DNA of 64,000 nucleotides from a virus: IMG/VR virus record IMGVR_UViG_3300020204_000007, positions 105,060 to 169,059 of that record; one strand, 5' to 3'. Shown piece by piece: positions 10,207 to 20,578 of this stretch (position 1 is its first letter; each line of letters starts with the position of its first letter). The notes under the pieces were generated by a model. It saw only the letters and a program-made list of their open reading frames with translations, ran no database searches and was not told where the DNA came from. The position numbers and the translations under genes were made by a program.

Positions 10207-10847
10207 AAATTGTGCAAATAACAAAAAAGATTGCAGATCAATTTGTTACAAAAAAACATTATTCTAGAAGAGCAAGTATTTTCTGGGCTGGATTTGCATT
10301 GATAGAAAACGAACAAATCACTGGCGTTGTAGTTTACGGTCAACCATCTCCATCCATTCAAAAACACGCATTCAAAAACAGAGACTTTCGATTATACGAA
10401 TTATCTAGATTAGTTATACAATCTAAAACTAAAAATGCAGCCAGTTTTCTAGTCGGCAATAGTTTGAAGATGTTACAATCTCCATGTGCAATTATTAGTT
10501 ATGCAGACACGGCGTATAATCATTGTGGAATTATTTATCAAGCAACAAATTGGCTCTATACTGGCGCATCAAAACCGCACGAAAAAACATATTTGATTGA
10601 TGGTAAAAAAGTCCATGCCATGACTTTATATGATATGGGCATAACAGATCCAACTCGATGGGCAAAAGAAAATAATATACAAACCGTTCCCCCGTCTGTT
10701 AAACATAGATATTTTCAATTTGTTGGCAACAAAAAAGAAAAGGCTAAAATGATGGCTGCCTTAAATTATCCCATCATTAAACAATATCCAAAATGCGATC
10801 AGGTCAGATATGACGATGGCGAAGAATTAAATATAAAATTTAGTTAA
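10203..10847 (+). CDS. Mom-like (GNAT-fold) DNA adenine modification protein
   Basis: HYS, GVVVYG, ELSRL, NAAS, SYAD, HxGxIYQATNWLYTG motifs. Confidence 0.8.
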   Translation: MKIVQITKKIADQFVTKKHYSRRASIFWAGFALIENEQITGVVVYGQPSPSIQKHAFKNRDFRLYELSRLVIQSKTKNAASFLVGNSLKMLQSPCAIISYADTAYNHCGIIYQATNWLYTGASKPHEKTYLIDGKKVHAMTLYDMGITDPTRWAKENNIQTVPPSVKHRYFQFVGNKKEKAKMMAALNYPIIKQYPKCDQVRYDDGEELNIKFS

Positions 10848-10870
10848 AGTTAGACATAAAAATGCCGATA
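10845..10870 (+). promoter_or_regulatory. sigma-28-type promoter with canonical GCCGATA, overlapping upstream stop
   Basis: TAAAGTTAGACATAAAAATGCCGATA. Confidence 0.8.
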
Positions 10871-10892
10871 GGGTATAGTGGGGAGGTGCAAA

Positions 10893-10994
10893 ATGTTTTT
10901 CTTTCTTCCTGCCTTGTTTTTGACTGGAATTATACTGATTTACGGAATTGTTTTGTGTTTTTCTTTTTTGTTTTTTAGGAAAAATAATGACTGA
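10893..10994 (+). CDS. 33-aa single-TM membrane peptide
   Basis: GGAGG RBS; MFFFLPALFLTGIILIYGIVLCFSFLFFRKNND. Confidence 0.55.
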   Translation: MFFFLPALFLTGIILIYGIVLCFSFLFFRKNND

Positions 10995-12787
10995 GATATA
11001 TGCCGAAGAAGACAAGTATATATATAATGAAGATACAGAAATCCTGCGTGATATAGCTGCCTATGAAATAGGCAAATTCCTTGTGAAATGGGGAAGAATC
11101 AACGTTCGACAAACTAAATCTAAATACGGCACAGTGCGTGTTTATTGTTCTTTGGGTTATTGGTCATTCCATAGTTTTTTTCACCCAACTCACATTTGGG
11201 TTAGATGGCCAAAATGGTTGTACACTGCTGATTTGTTTGTAGGCCAGTACGTCATGAAATATCTGAATTATTTAGTCGTTCCGTATCAAAAATTTATTTA
11301 CAAAAAAGCTTACGAAAGAGCCGTAAAAAGATTCCCAACGATTGCTAAAAACATCTTAATTTGCACAGATTTTCCAGAAATTCTTAAACCTCTAATTGAA
11401 AAACATGGATTAAAAGATGAATAACCATAATGACGATGATGAACCACCAGAGTATTTTTTGGCTGATTTTATCAGCCAGCTTGGATTATTTTTGCTAAAA
11501 ATAATGATTTGGGTGGTTATATTTCTAGCTTTAGCTGATTGGCTAGGTAACAAATGAATCATTACGATATTAAAAATATGTTAGCTGAATACAGCAAAAC
11601 GCTAAATAGCGTACAAAAAACATTAAAAGAATATCCGTCTATTAGAGAAATGTGGCTGGCCGATATATCTAATGAATTTATATATGAATACAATTCATGT
11701 GAGTTTGTCAAATTGTATCCAAACGACGATGATCAAATAATACAAATAGCGCGTCAAGCCGCTGAGAATTTTCTTTCAAATTTATTACAGGAAGAAAGAA
11801 AAGGCGATAATGTTTTATTACATACTGATAGCAACCAAAGGAAGTAACCGAGGAAAGAAAAAAGAGCCAAAAAAATTTGATTTTATGAATCTCAAAGATT
11901 GGTGGTTAGTAAGATCAGATAAAGAAATTGAATTTGGCTCAGATGGTGAACTTATTTTAGGCGTAGATGGATTCTGTCATTTTCAATATTTATATCTTTT
12001 TCTTCCAAATTCACCAATATGGACTATTGGTAAATTCTGTGGGACTAGATGTATTTATAAATTTACAGACGAGTTTCAAGCGATTGAATTTATCAAACAA
12101 GAAGTTCACAAAAACCAAGAAAAAGCCAACAAAAGAATGAATAAATATATTGATGCAATTTTACAAAACATTTAATTAAAGTTAGATTGCAAGACTCCGA
12201 TATGTAAATATAGTAAAACGGAGGTTATATGCGGAAAATCAATTTTACTGTTGCGTTTCCTATTTCTGTCACAATAGATGTTCCTGATGATTGTTCTTAC
12301 GAACAAATTTTAGTTGAAATAATAAAACAATCCGTTCAGCTTGATCCCACTGAACACGATGGAATGGTTATCCAAGAAGTTCTTGATTCAAGGCTGAATA
12401 ACAATAACGTAATTCATAAAATCCTTGAAATTCAAGACCAATTAGAGGCCGACGAAGAATACTATAATTTTCTGGCCGAAGAAGAGGACAAGAAAAATAA
12501 CGAGAACTATTATCGTTATTGTGTAGATCAAATAGATAATTTGTTTTGAAGTTAGCATCACAACAACTTAGGAGAAAGATATGATTACAATTATTGCCAT
12601 AAATGATAACGACGAACAAGTCACTGTTAAGGCTAAAAGTGTAGCCCTTTTAGAATCAGAAGAGTTTACCTGTTTAGATATTACTTCGGCTGAACAGTTG
12701 GCAGTTTGCCTTGAACAAAACGGCAGGGACGATTTAGCAGAAAAAGTCAGAAAACTTGTTGCCCATTCAGTGCTGAGTAAATCATAA
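10987..12787 (+). other. run of hypothetical genes (10987-11424, 11417-11557, 11554-11847, 11810-12175, 12229-12549, 12581-12787)
   Basis: Coupled ORFs, no recognisable domain. Confidence 0.65.
12177..12202 (+). promoter_or_regulatory. sigma-28-type promoter
   Basis: TAAAGTTAGATTGCAAGACTCCGATA. Confidence 0.8.
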
Positions 12788-13570
12788 TGGCAGTTTATAG
12801 CGTAAACTCTGACGCTAAATATATTTATGCTCAACTTTCATCTCGTGAATCATTGGGAAGATACGATCAATACTTTTTTTGTGTATTTTCTATTGCTAGT
12901 TATCCTGACAGCAAAGAACACTACCGCCTTAGATTTAGTACAAAACAAGATCTTGTTAATTTTGGTGGAATTTTTTGGCATAATTATTATTCTTTAGGCA
13001 ATAATGAAATGCAGCAAGAATCTCTTTTTGAATTGCTTAATAAAACCATTAATCAATGGGGCGACAATAGAAAATTAAAAACTAAAAGATTATTAACTGA
13101 TCTTTATAAAAATATGTGATGGGTTTATGAGGGGTTACTATCACATAACTACTACCAGAACTGGAAAGCTACGCGGAAATACAAGAAATATAACAATCTA
13201 TAAATACATTTTTGATGGATTGAGTGAAACAAAATTTGAAAGCATTGATTTTACAAATATCAGACTTGGTTCTCGAATAGCGCACTCTCTTAAAACTTGT
13301 GCAGTAAAAGAAGTTCTAATGTTAGAATTTCCTGCGTCATGGTATTCCATATCAGTTATTGCAGATACTTTTGAAAAAAATATTGATGCAAAAATGATCT
13401 GGAGTCGTTGGGATTACATTTCATTAAATAAAATTCAAAACGCAATAGAATTGCCTTCAGATGAAGAATTTATATCAATTTTTCAAAAAATCCTAGAATC
13501 CCTTCCTAAAAGAACAGTTTCACAAAAAAATAAAATAAAAATGTTAGATCAAATTTCGGCCAATTTATTG

Positions 13571-13596
13571 TAAAGTTAGATTACAAAGCTCCGATA
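13571..13596 (+). promoter_or_regulatory. sigma-28-type promoter overlapping upstream stop
   Basis: TAAAGTTAGATTACAAAGCTCCGATA; identical through the ATG to the 14006 copy. Confidence 0.8.
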
Positions 13597-14005
13597 TGTT
13601 TGTTATGTGTAGGAGGAAATGCAATGAGTTATTATTCATGGATTACCGATAATCACAACATATATGTTGAAATGAAATATGATCGTGAATGGACTGGCAG
13701 AAATTATAGATATAAGTATTACATAAAAGCATACTCATTTTCCTTTAATTCAAAATTTAATAACAATGATCATTATAAATTGCCGTTTCATTCAAAACAA
13801 GAAATGGTTGTTTTTTACAACAAACTTTCTTATAAATTTAATAAAATACGAAATGACAGGTATGATCACGATGCCAGAAAATACTTTTATGAGCCAGTTT
13901 CTATTGAAAAATTAGTTGAAATTACCGAAGAAACAATTAAAGAAATGCAATATAACAAAAGAAAAACTACTAAATTATTTCAAGCATTGTTTGAAAATCT
14001 TTGAT

Positions 14006-14031
14006 TAAAGTTAGATTACAAAGCTCCGATA
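14006..14031 (+). promoter_or_regulatory. sigma-28-type promoter
   Basis: TAAAGTTAGATTACAAAGCTCCGATA. Confidence 0.8.
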
Positions 14032-14541
14032 TGTTTGTTATGTGTAGGAGGAAATGCAATGAAAGGCTATTATTCGTTAGAAATAAATCGCTCTTTTCAA
14101 CAAGGATGTGGATTTAGATATAAAGTTATTTGCAACCAATATACAGTTGACGAAGTTGATGTCGAACGACTTAAAATTCTGTGGTCAACGCCACGAGACC
14201 TGCTTCCAGACAATTTACAACGGGCAGGCAGCAGAGATTTTTTGACTCAATGTAATATGAAAACAAAACAATTATTTGAAATTCGTTGTCATTATCCAAC
14301 TGCACACAGAATTTTGTTCAGTCTTGAAGATTTGATCCCTAGATCAAAACTGCGCCCATGCTATAGTAACTGGCAAAATCCAATCGAAGCTCAGATTGAA
14401 AAAGCGGAAGAACTTTTATCATTCGAAGAATTTTTGCCTTTGCTACAAAAAACATTAAATGAATTGCCGCCCAAAACATTTTCAAAACAAAATCGCCAAA
14501 AGGGCATTGAATCCTATATGGCTTCAGTTTGAAAGAGGTTT

Positions 14542-14970
14542 ATGTTTTTAAGTCATAAAACAGCAATCAAACGAAACAGGCTTTCCGCTCCTGCGACAAG
14601 TCTACAAAAACTTGGTTTGTTGAATGGAAAAGTTTTAGATTATGGATGCGGTAGAGGCAAAGATTGCGAAGTTTTATCAATCGACGGTTATGACCCATTT
14701 TATCAGCCAATCATGCCATCTGGACTATATGACACAATTCTGTGTACTTTTGTTTTGAATGTTGTTAATGAAACTACGCAAGAAGTTATCCTATCCAATA
14801 TACACAACTTGCTAACAGATAATGGAAAAGCGTATATCACGGTGCGTCGAGATATAAAACAAGAAGGCATTACTCGCATAAATACTTACCAACGGAATGT
14901 AGTGTTAGATTTGCCTCTTTTGATCACTAAAAAAGATAAGTTCGCTACTTATATTATGGAGAAAAAATGA
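14542..14970 (+). CDS. class I SAM-dependent methyltransferase (single domain)
   Basis: TAIxRxxLSxP, LDYGCGRG, YDP, FVLNV. Confidence 0.75.
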   Translation: MFLSHKTAIKRNRLSAPATSLQKLGLLNGKVLDYGCGRGKDCEVLSIDGYDPFYQPIMPSGLYDTILCTFVLNVVNETTQEVILSNIHNLLTDNGKAYITVRRDIKQEGITRINTYQRNVVLDLPLLITKKDKFATYIMEKK

Positions 14971-15758
14971 AATACACAGATTTTGTTGGTAAAGATAAGA
15001 TTAAAATCACTTCTGAAATCGTAAATCGTTCTTGGAATATTCTTTCACAAAATGTAAAAGATGGCCTTGCAAACAAAGGTAGGTATGAGTACCCACAGGC
15101 AAAATATTTGAATAAAATTGCACCAGATTTTCAATCGTTCGTCACTCACATTCGTTTTTTTATTGATAACTGGAATGATAATCCGGTATTTACAGAATCA
15201 TTTCAATCAAGCGGAATTGCTAAAAAACGCCTTGCAATAGGACAAGATGAAGACGGCGGAATGATCTGGCTAAAAGGGCAGCCAGCTTCAAATATCATGG
15301 ATATTTTATTTATTGTTTCTGCCTGTCCTGACGTAAGTGAATTCTTGTTTCCTAAAGAAACAACGCCTTCTAAACCTATTTTTTTGGAGGAGGAAGAAAA
15401 CAAAAGAAGGTTTGACGATGATTATTATTTTTATGGATACGATTAAAGTTAGAGTCGGTTGTTCCGATATGTTTTATGCCAATAAAGGCAAAGGAGTGAA
15501 CGCATGAAAAAGCCCGTAGTGTTTAGAAAGCTCGTCCGTGCAGTAGAAGGTTTTAGTTATGAGTATTTGGAATTTAATGTTAAGACCCAAACAATTAAGC
15601 TAAAGCGTTCACATAAAGATAAAACAACGCTCAGAGTAAACGAACGCAGCCTTCAACATGAAGTTGTTTACGAAGTAAACGGTAAAGCGGTAGATCAACC
15701 AACTAATATCAATTTTGAAGACTTCGTTAAACTCTTAACAAAGACTTTCTCAAAATGA
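14967..15758 (+). other. two hypothetical genes (14967-15446, 15504-15758)
   Basis: ORF track plus RBS. Confidence 0.65.
15444..15469 (+). promoter_or_regulatory. sigma-28-type promoter overlapping upstream stop
   Basis: TAAAGTTAGAGTCGGTTGTTCCGATA; identical through ATGAAAA to the 16528 copy. Confidence 0.8.
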
Positions 15759-16120
15759 GATGGATTACTAAATACAAACAAGAAATTAAAAGCCACCAAG
15801 CAATCAAGCCCCTTCTTCTTCGCCTTGAAGAGAAGGGGTGGAAAGTTAGATTTGTAAAATGGGTGAACAAAAGAGTCGATGGTTATTGTGATGCCCGCAA
15901 ACGAGAAATAGTAGTTGTATCTTCGTGCAATCGTGAAGTTTATTATCCACGCACAATGCAAAGACTGGCATGGATATTGGCTCATGAGTATCGCCACGCT
16001 TGGCAAGAAGAAAACAATAAATATCTTGCATATATTTATGGCCATGATATTAGAGATAAAGAAATTGCCGAAAAAGATGCAAATGATTTTGCTGACCGAT
16101 ATATTAAAAACTTTTGGTAA
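15755..16120 (+). CDS. small zincin metallopeptidase (ImmA/IrrE-like)
   Basis: LAHEYRH ... EKDANDFA. Confidence 0.7.
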   Translation: MRWITKYKQEIKSHQAIKPLLLRLEEKGWKVRFVKWVNKRVDGYCDARKREIVVVSSCNREVYYPRTMQRLAWILAHEYRHAWQEENNKYLAYIYGHDIRDKEIAEKDANDFADRYIKNFW

Positions 16121-16143
16121 AGTTAGAATCCCAAGCTCCGATA
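16118..16143 (+). promoter_or_regulatory. sigma-28-type promoter overlapping upstream stop
   Basis: TAAAGTTAGAATCCCAAGCTCCGATA. Confidence 0.8.
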
Positions 16144-16164
16144 AGTAAGTATAAGGAGCAGCCA

Positions 16165-16959
16165 ATGAACAAAATTGAAGAAAAGAATTATTTCTGGAAT
16201 TTGTACCCAAATTCGCTTTTGAACGTCGAAAAGAATTTATTCAATTGCGCAATAATCATGGTAATTAGAACAAAAACTTCAACATTTCATTTTTTGACGC
16301 CAAACAGAGAAATTTTGTTTGCACAATTTAATAAATTAAAAGTTAGCAATGAGTTTGCTGAAAAATGTCTTAAAAGACAAAAAAGTGTTTTGCAAAAGAT
16401 GCCATCATCAATTTTAATAAATACAAATACTTTCAATAAAGAAGATTTAATCAAATTTTTACTTTCGGCAAGAGGAGGGGATTCAGAATCAAACGATGCA
16501 TTTGATAAATTTATTTGTTCGTGGTTGTAAAGTTAGAGTCGGTTGTTCCGATATGTTTTATGCCAATAAAGGCAAAGGAGTGAACGCATGAAAACAGTTA
16601 GCAGTGTTTCTGTACTTGGCGTTAGGATGATTCAAAAAGCTACTAACAGTAAGAGCGGCGCAGATAATAACTTTACTTACAAGTCTTACAACCTAATGAG
16701 TAACGGCCATTTTCATGTTGGTGAAATTAACTGCGGCTCAACAAAAGTAAGAATGCGCGAAGTTGATTTTGGCGATAGTTGTTTTGAAGCACTGGTTAAA
16801 ACTAAGAAAGGAAAGAGTCGTTGGACTAAAGTTTCATGCGATGCCGCTGACAAATATATTGAGCGCGTCCTTGAGCATAGCGACAAAGCTTCAGAAATCC
16901 ATGCACAATTTGAAGAAAACCGTCCGTTGATTGTTTTGACACCCGAAGAACTTGTTTAA
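16165..16959 (+). other. two hypothetical genes (16165-16530, 16588-16959), each with its own promoter cassette
   Basis: AAGGAG RBS. Confidence 0.7.
16528..16553 (+). promoter_or_regulatory. sigma-28-type promoter overlapping upstream stop
   Basis: TAAAGTTAGAGTCGGTTGTTCCGATA. Confidence 0.8.
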
Positions 16960-16972
16960 TAGGAGAACTACT

Positions 16973-17560
16973 ATGTCATTCAAAGTTTTTTATACCGATG
17001 ATAATAACAAAGTTGTGATTCAAAAAACGAATGAGACTGAAACTAAAACAACAAAAATTGACCGCAATGTTTATGATGCAATTTCTGCTCTTAATCAACC
17101 AGTGAGCAATGGCGAGCTACAAAGAATTATTGCCGCTGCTCTGGGCGTAAATACCGCAGGGGGGAGGAGCGGGAAGGCATCAGCAATTATTGAAAAATAC
17201 ACGTTTGGTTTTTCAAACTTCAATGGATGGTGCAGCCTGTTGATTGGTTTGGATGTTGATGGTAAACGACATTTCAAGTTCAATGACAATGCTCCTGATT
17301 TTTCGCCAATTCAAAAAACTGAAATGCTGAACGTTAGAAAAGAAGGCGTTGGTAAGAAGTCCGATAAATCAAAAATTGCAGTTAATTCACGATGGAGTAT
17401 CAATGCTAACGACCTAACTGAAGATGAACTGCTTGAGGCTCGGTTCAATCGTGCATTTGATTATTTGGGTATTGATCCAAATGATAACTTAACCGATGAT
17501 CTAACCCTAGATGATGTAGAAAATGTTGAAAATATTCTTAGAAAAGAAGGTCTAATTTAA
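16973..17560 (+). CDS. putative winged-helix-like protein with acidic tail
   Basis: Paralogous to 18731 and 435 ORFs. Confidence 0.6.
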   Translation: MSFKVFYTDDNNKVVIQKTNETETKTTKIDRNVYDAISALNQPVSNGELQRIIAAALGVNTAGGRSGKASAIIEKYTFGFSNFNGWCSLLIGLDVDGKRHFKFNDNAPDFSPIQKTEMLNVRKEGVGKKSDKSKIAVNSRWSINANDLTEDELLEARFNRAFDYLGIDPNDNLTDDLTLDDVENVENILRKEGLI

Positions 17561-17746
17561 TGGACAATTCAATTGTGGACGATAAAACGCCTGAGCAAAT
17601 GCTATCGGATGTTTTGCAAAAACTAAAAAACCAGAGCATAGATGAAATTGAACAAATGATTGATCAACTAAAATTGAAAGAAAAAGAAGGCGGGTCGTTT
17701 GTAGTTCTTCGACAAGAATACTACACAACAACAAACTGAGGACAAC

Positions 17747-18316
17747 ATGAAAACTTTTTTAACGATTCTGTTGGCAAGCACTTTGATTGGATGTGGAACT
17801 GATCAAGATTTAGTATTGTCAACAGAAAAAATTAAACCGGAGGAAAAGAAAGAACAACAAGAAAAAAGCGACCCGTATTTAGAACAATACCTAAAACATT
17901 TCTATGGTATTTGTATTCAAACCACAGCCGCAAATAGATGCGGCGAAAATCTGAAAAAGCTAAAGTCAATTAATTTTGTTGATTCGTTTGATCAAAAAAC
18001 AGATCCAGATGGAGTGGTTGCAGGAGTTTGTTGGTGGTCAAGGTTTGAAAGAAAAATTGAAATAAAACGTAAAGTGGCAGAACCAGGTTCAATGCGCGAA
18101 CGAGCTTTAATTTTTCATGAACTTGGTCACTGCCTTTTAGATTTAGGACATTCTGATCCTAAAACAATGATGCTTATGAATCCGTATCTTTTTGATGAAA
18201 AAACTTATGCGTCAAGTTGGTCAAGATTACAGACAGAAATGTTTCAACTTGTATTGAGTTTTTTACTTGCAGATGAGTTTGATTTAAGCGATGATAAATC
18301 AATACCCATATTTTAA
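17747..18316 (+). CDS. lipoprotein metzincin-type metallopeptidase
   Basis: Lipobox LIGC; HELGHCLLDLGH followed by a Met-turn-like LMNP. Confidence 0.75.
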   Translation: MKTFLTILLASTLIGCGTDQDLVLSTEKIKPEEKKEQQEKSDPYLEQYLKHFYGICIQTTAANRCGENLKKLKSINFVDSFDQKTDPDGVVAGVCWWSRFERKIEIKRKVAEPGSMRERALIFHELGHCLLDLGHSDPKTMMLMNPYLFDEKTYASSWSRLQTEMFQLVLSFLLADEFDLSDDKSIPIF

Positions 18317-18326
18317 GAGGCAAATA

Positions 18327-18671
18327 ATGTTTTCCGCTGAAAAACGTGCAGCACTCAAAACTGGTCTTCTTGTTCTTTTAGGTGGATTGACTACTTTTAT
18401 TGCAACAGAAATTAAAACTAAAAAAGAGCTGTCGCAAACAAACTGTCAATTAAGGCTTATGCTTATTGCAGATAAAGAAAAGCCGCTGTTTGTTTTTCCA
18501 ATCAGAGATACCGAAACAGAAGCAATTATTGCAATGATTAGTATGAGCGAAAAAGTTGTGATTAGGCTTACTAAAACAGATGGAAGTTTTTTATTGGAGG
18601 ATCAATGCACAAGACCTGATGGCAATAAAGCTTTGATGGAAATTAAAAGAGAACAAATTGTTTCAAAATAG
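18327..18671 (+). CDS. membrane-anchored hypothetical protein
   Basis: N-terminal TM segment. Confidence 0.6.
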   Translation: MFSAEKRAALKTGLLVLLGGLTTFIATEIKTKKELSQTNCQLRLMLIADKEKPLFVFPIRDTETEAIIAMISMSEKVVIRLTKTDGSFLLEDQCTRPDGNKALMEIKREQIVSK

Positions 18672-18730
18672 TACTCAGTAAATTTATTCAATCATAATGT
18701 TTTTTTAGTCAATAACAAAAGGAGATTCAT

Positions 18731-19096
18731 ATGTTGACCGTTTCCCACAATGATTCAGTTGCTACCGTGACCTACACAAATCGTAAGACTGGCGAAAGTG
18801 TTTCGTCAAAATTGCCTAGCTCAGCGTATAGCGTGTTGTCGGCTCTTCCTTCAGAAGGTGTTACTAACGCCCAGCTTCAGCAGCTACTTGTGAATACTGG
18901 TATTACAAAAGGACGTGCAACCTCGCTCATTGAACGTTTCTGCGGTACTTATAGTGCCTTCTGTGGAGTAAACCTGATCGATGCATCGTGGGGTGGACAA
19001 AACGGCAAAACAAGATACTTCAGATCCTCGGCTGAAGGGCTGGTGCTGGAAAGCTCGAAGCGGAGCAGCTCTCGTTCAAAGGAACTGGTCGGTTGA
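18731..19096 (+). CDS. putative winged-helix-like protein
   Basis: AAGGAG RBS; paralogue of 16973. Confidence 0.65.
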   Translation: MLTVSHNDSVATVTYTNRKTGESVSSKLPSSAYSVLSALPSEGVTNAQLQQLLVNTGITKGRATSLIERFCGTYSAFCGVNLIDASWGGQNGKTRYFRSSAEGLVLESSKRSSSRSKELVG

Positions 19097-19115
19097 TACC
19101 GGCCTTTTTCTTTTT
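19087..19115 (+). terminator. intrinsic terminator
   Basis: GGTCGGT-TGAT-ACCGGCC hairpin followed by T-run. Confidence 0.65.
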
Positions 19116-19493
19116 ATGAAACTACCAAACAGATTTAGGGCAGCAATCGCAGCCGCAAGCCAAAGCGAAGACTACCAACACAAGCTAGGCGCGGCCATCT
19201 TTGCTAAAAAAAGATTAATAAGCGTTGGTGCTAATAATGCTAAAACACATCCTCTATCGAGGTTCTATGGCCGTCCTGTGACTGTGCATGCAGAAATGCA
19301 GGCAATCATTAGAGCAAATAATTTAGTCGAATCGCTAGAAGGTATGGTTCTAGTTGTTGCAAGAATAAAACGTAATGGAGAGCTAGGAATGGCAAGGCCA
19401 TGTTCTGGTTGCCAAGAAATTATTAAACATCACAAAATAAAAGAGGTATGGTACACAACAGAAAACGGTTGGGCGAAGGAATACTTCGATTAA
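19116..19493 (+). CDS. cytidine/dCMP deaminase-like Zn protein
   Basis: HAE ... PCSGC. Confidence 0.8.
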   Translation: MKLPNRFRAAIAAASQSEDYQHKLGAAIFAKKRLISVGANNAKTHPLSRFYGRPVTVHAEMQAIIRANNLVESLEGMVLVVARIKRNGELGMARPCSGCQEIIKHHKIKEVWYTTENGWAKEYFD

Positions 19494-19516
19494 AGTTAGA
19501 TTGCAAAACTCCGATA
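19491..19516 (+). promoter_or_regulatory. sigma-28-type promoter overlapping upstream stop
   Basis: TAAAGTTAGATTGCAAAACTCCGATA. Confidence 0.8.
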
Positions 19517-19536
19517 TGTTATTAGGAGGAAATACT

Positions 19537-20235
19537 ATGTCATTTGAAGCCCGTTTTGCAAAATTATTGCAAACACTCGCAGAAAACGAATTCAAACAGG
19601 AAAAAATTTCTATTTCAACTGGTAATACAAAACTAGCCCAAGACGGTATTGCTTGTTTTGATATTCCGCAAGCGTCAACTTGTCGCGGTGCGGGTGGTTG
19701 TCTTGGATTTTGTTATGCATCTTTAGGTAATTATACTTATCGCGTCAAAGTCCAAAATATGCTCAATAACTTTTACACATCTTTAAACCCAGAAGTGTTT
19801 TGTGTACAAACTAAAAAAGCGTATGAAAAATTGCCACGATATATCAAGACTATTCGCCTTCATTCGTCTGGTGATTTTTACAACCAAGCGTATCTTGATA
19901 CTTGGGTTGAAATAATGAAACAAACACCTGAGTTTAGATATTACGCTTATACCAAATCACTTGATCTAGATTGGACAGAAGCTCTTAAACTAAATAATTT
20001 CTTCCGTATTCAGTCGATTGGTGGTATTTTTGATCATTTGATTGATATGAATTTAGCTCACAGTAGAATCTTTCCTGATCGTGAAAGCCTTCTTGCTGCG
20101 GGTTATCTTGATGCATCCGAAAGTGATCTACCGGCTGCTGCGGGGGGCATCAAAATTGGATTAGTTGTTCACGGACAAAAGAAAAAGCGTTTTAATGAAA
20201 AAGTCCACCTATCTTCGATAAATAAAGAAAATTAA
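19537..20235 (+). CDS. GP88-family protein (Cys-rich, radical-SAM-like)
   Basis: NTKL, TCxGAxxCxxxCYA, RLHxSGDF, YAYTK. Confidence 0.75.
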   Translation: MSFEARFAKLLQTLAENEFKQEKISISTGNTKLAQDGIACFDIPQASTCRGAGGCLGFCYASLGNYTYRVKVQNMLNNFYTSLNPEVFCVQTKKAYEKLPRYIKTIRLHSSGDFYNQAYLDTWVEIMKQTPEFRYYAYTKSLDLDWTEALKLNNFFRIQSIGGIFDHLIDMNLAHSRIFPDRESLLAAGYLDASESDLPAAAGGIKIGLVVHGQKKKRFNEKVHLSSINKEN

Positions 20236-20359
20236 AAAATGAGTTTCGAGTTATTAGTAATAATTGGAATAATCATACCAACATTATTAAGAATAAGTGC
20301 TTTGCAATTAGTTGAAGAAGATTTAAAAACAATTTTCAGAAATATAACAGGATTGAAAG

Positions 20360-20578
20360 ATGAAAATAACAAAAGTAAATGATTCGAGCGTAGTGTCAGG
20401 TTATTTTTACAACGAAGATACAAAAGTTTTGTTGGTAGAATACCATAACAAGTCTGTGTACTTGTATCAAGATATATCATCAAGTATAGTAAAAAAAGTA
20501 TTCACCGCGGATTCTATTGGCAAAGCATTAAGAAAGTATGTTTTGGAAAAAGATCCAACGCCACTGAGAATTAAATGA
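20360..20578 (+). CDS. KTSC domain protein
   Basis: SSxVxxxxYxxxxxxLxVEY..YxY..AxSIGK pattern. Confidence 0.75.
   Translation: MKITKVNDSSVVSGYFYNEDTKVLLVEYHNKSVYLYQDISSSIVKKVFTADSIGKALRKYVLEKDPTPLRIK

Larger units (their letters stand above)
12787..14532 (+). other. four hypothetical genes in B-A-B-A paralogue order (12787-13119, 13127-13573, 13624-14004, 14059-14532)
   Basis: B share HY[RK]LxFx[ST]KQ[DE] and KTxxL; A share LPx[KR]TxS. Confidence 0.65.

Noticed and set aside
13600-14058. Identical N-termini MLCVGGNAM in two ORFs (also upstream extensions at 16114, 19501, 27955, 30399)
   Set aside because: These are translations of the promoter/RBS cassette; true starts are downstream
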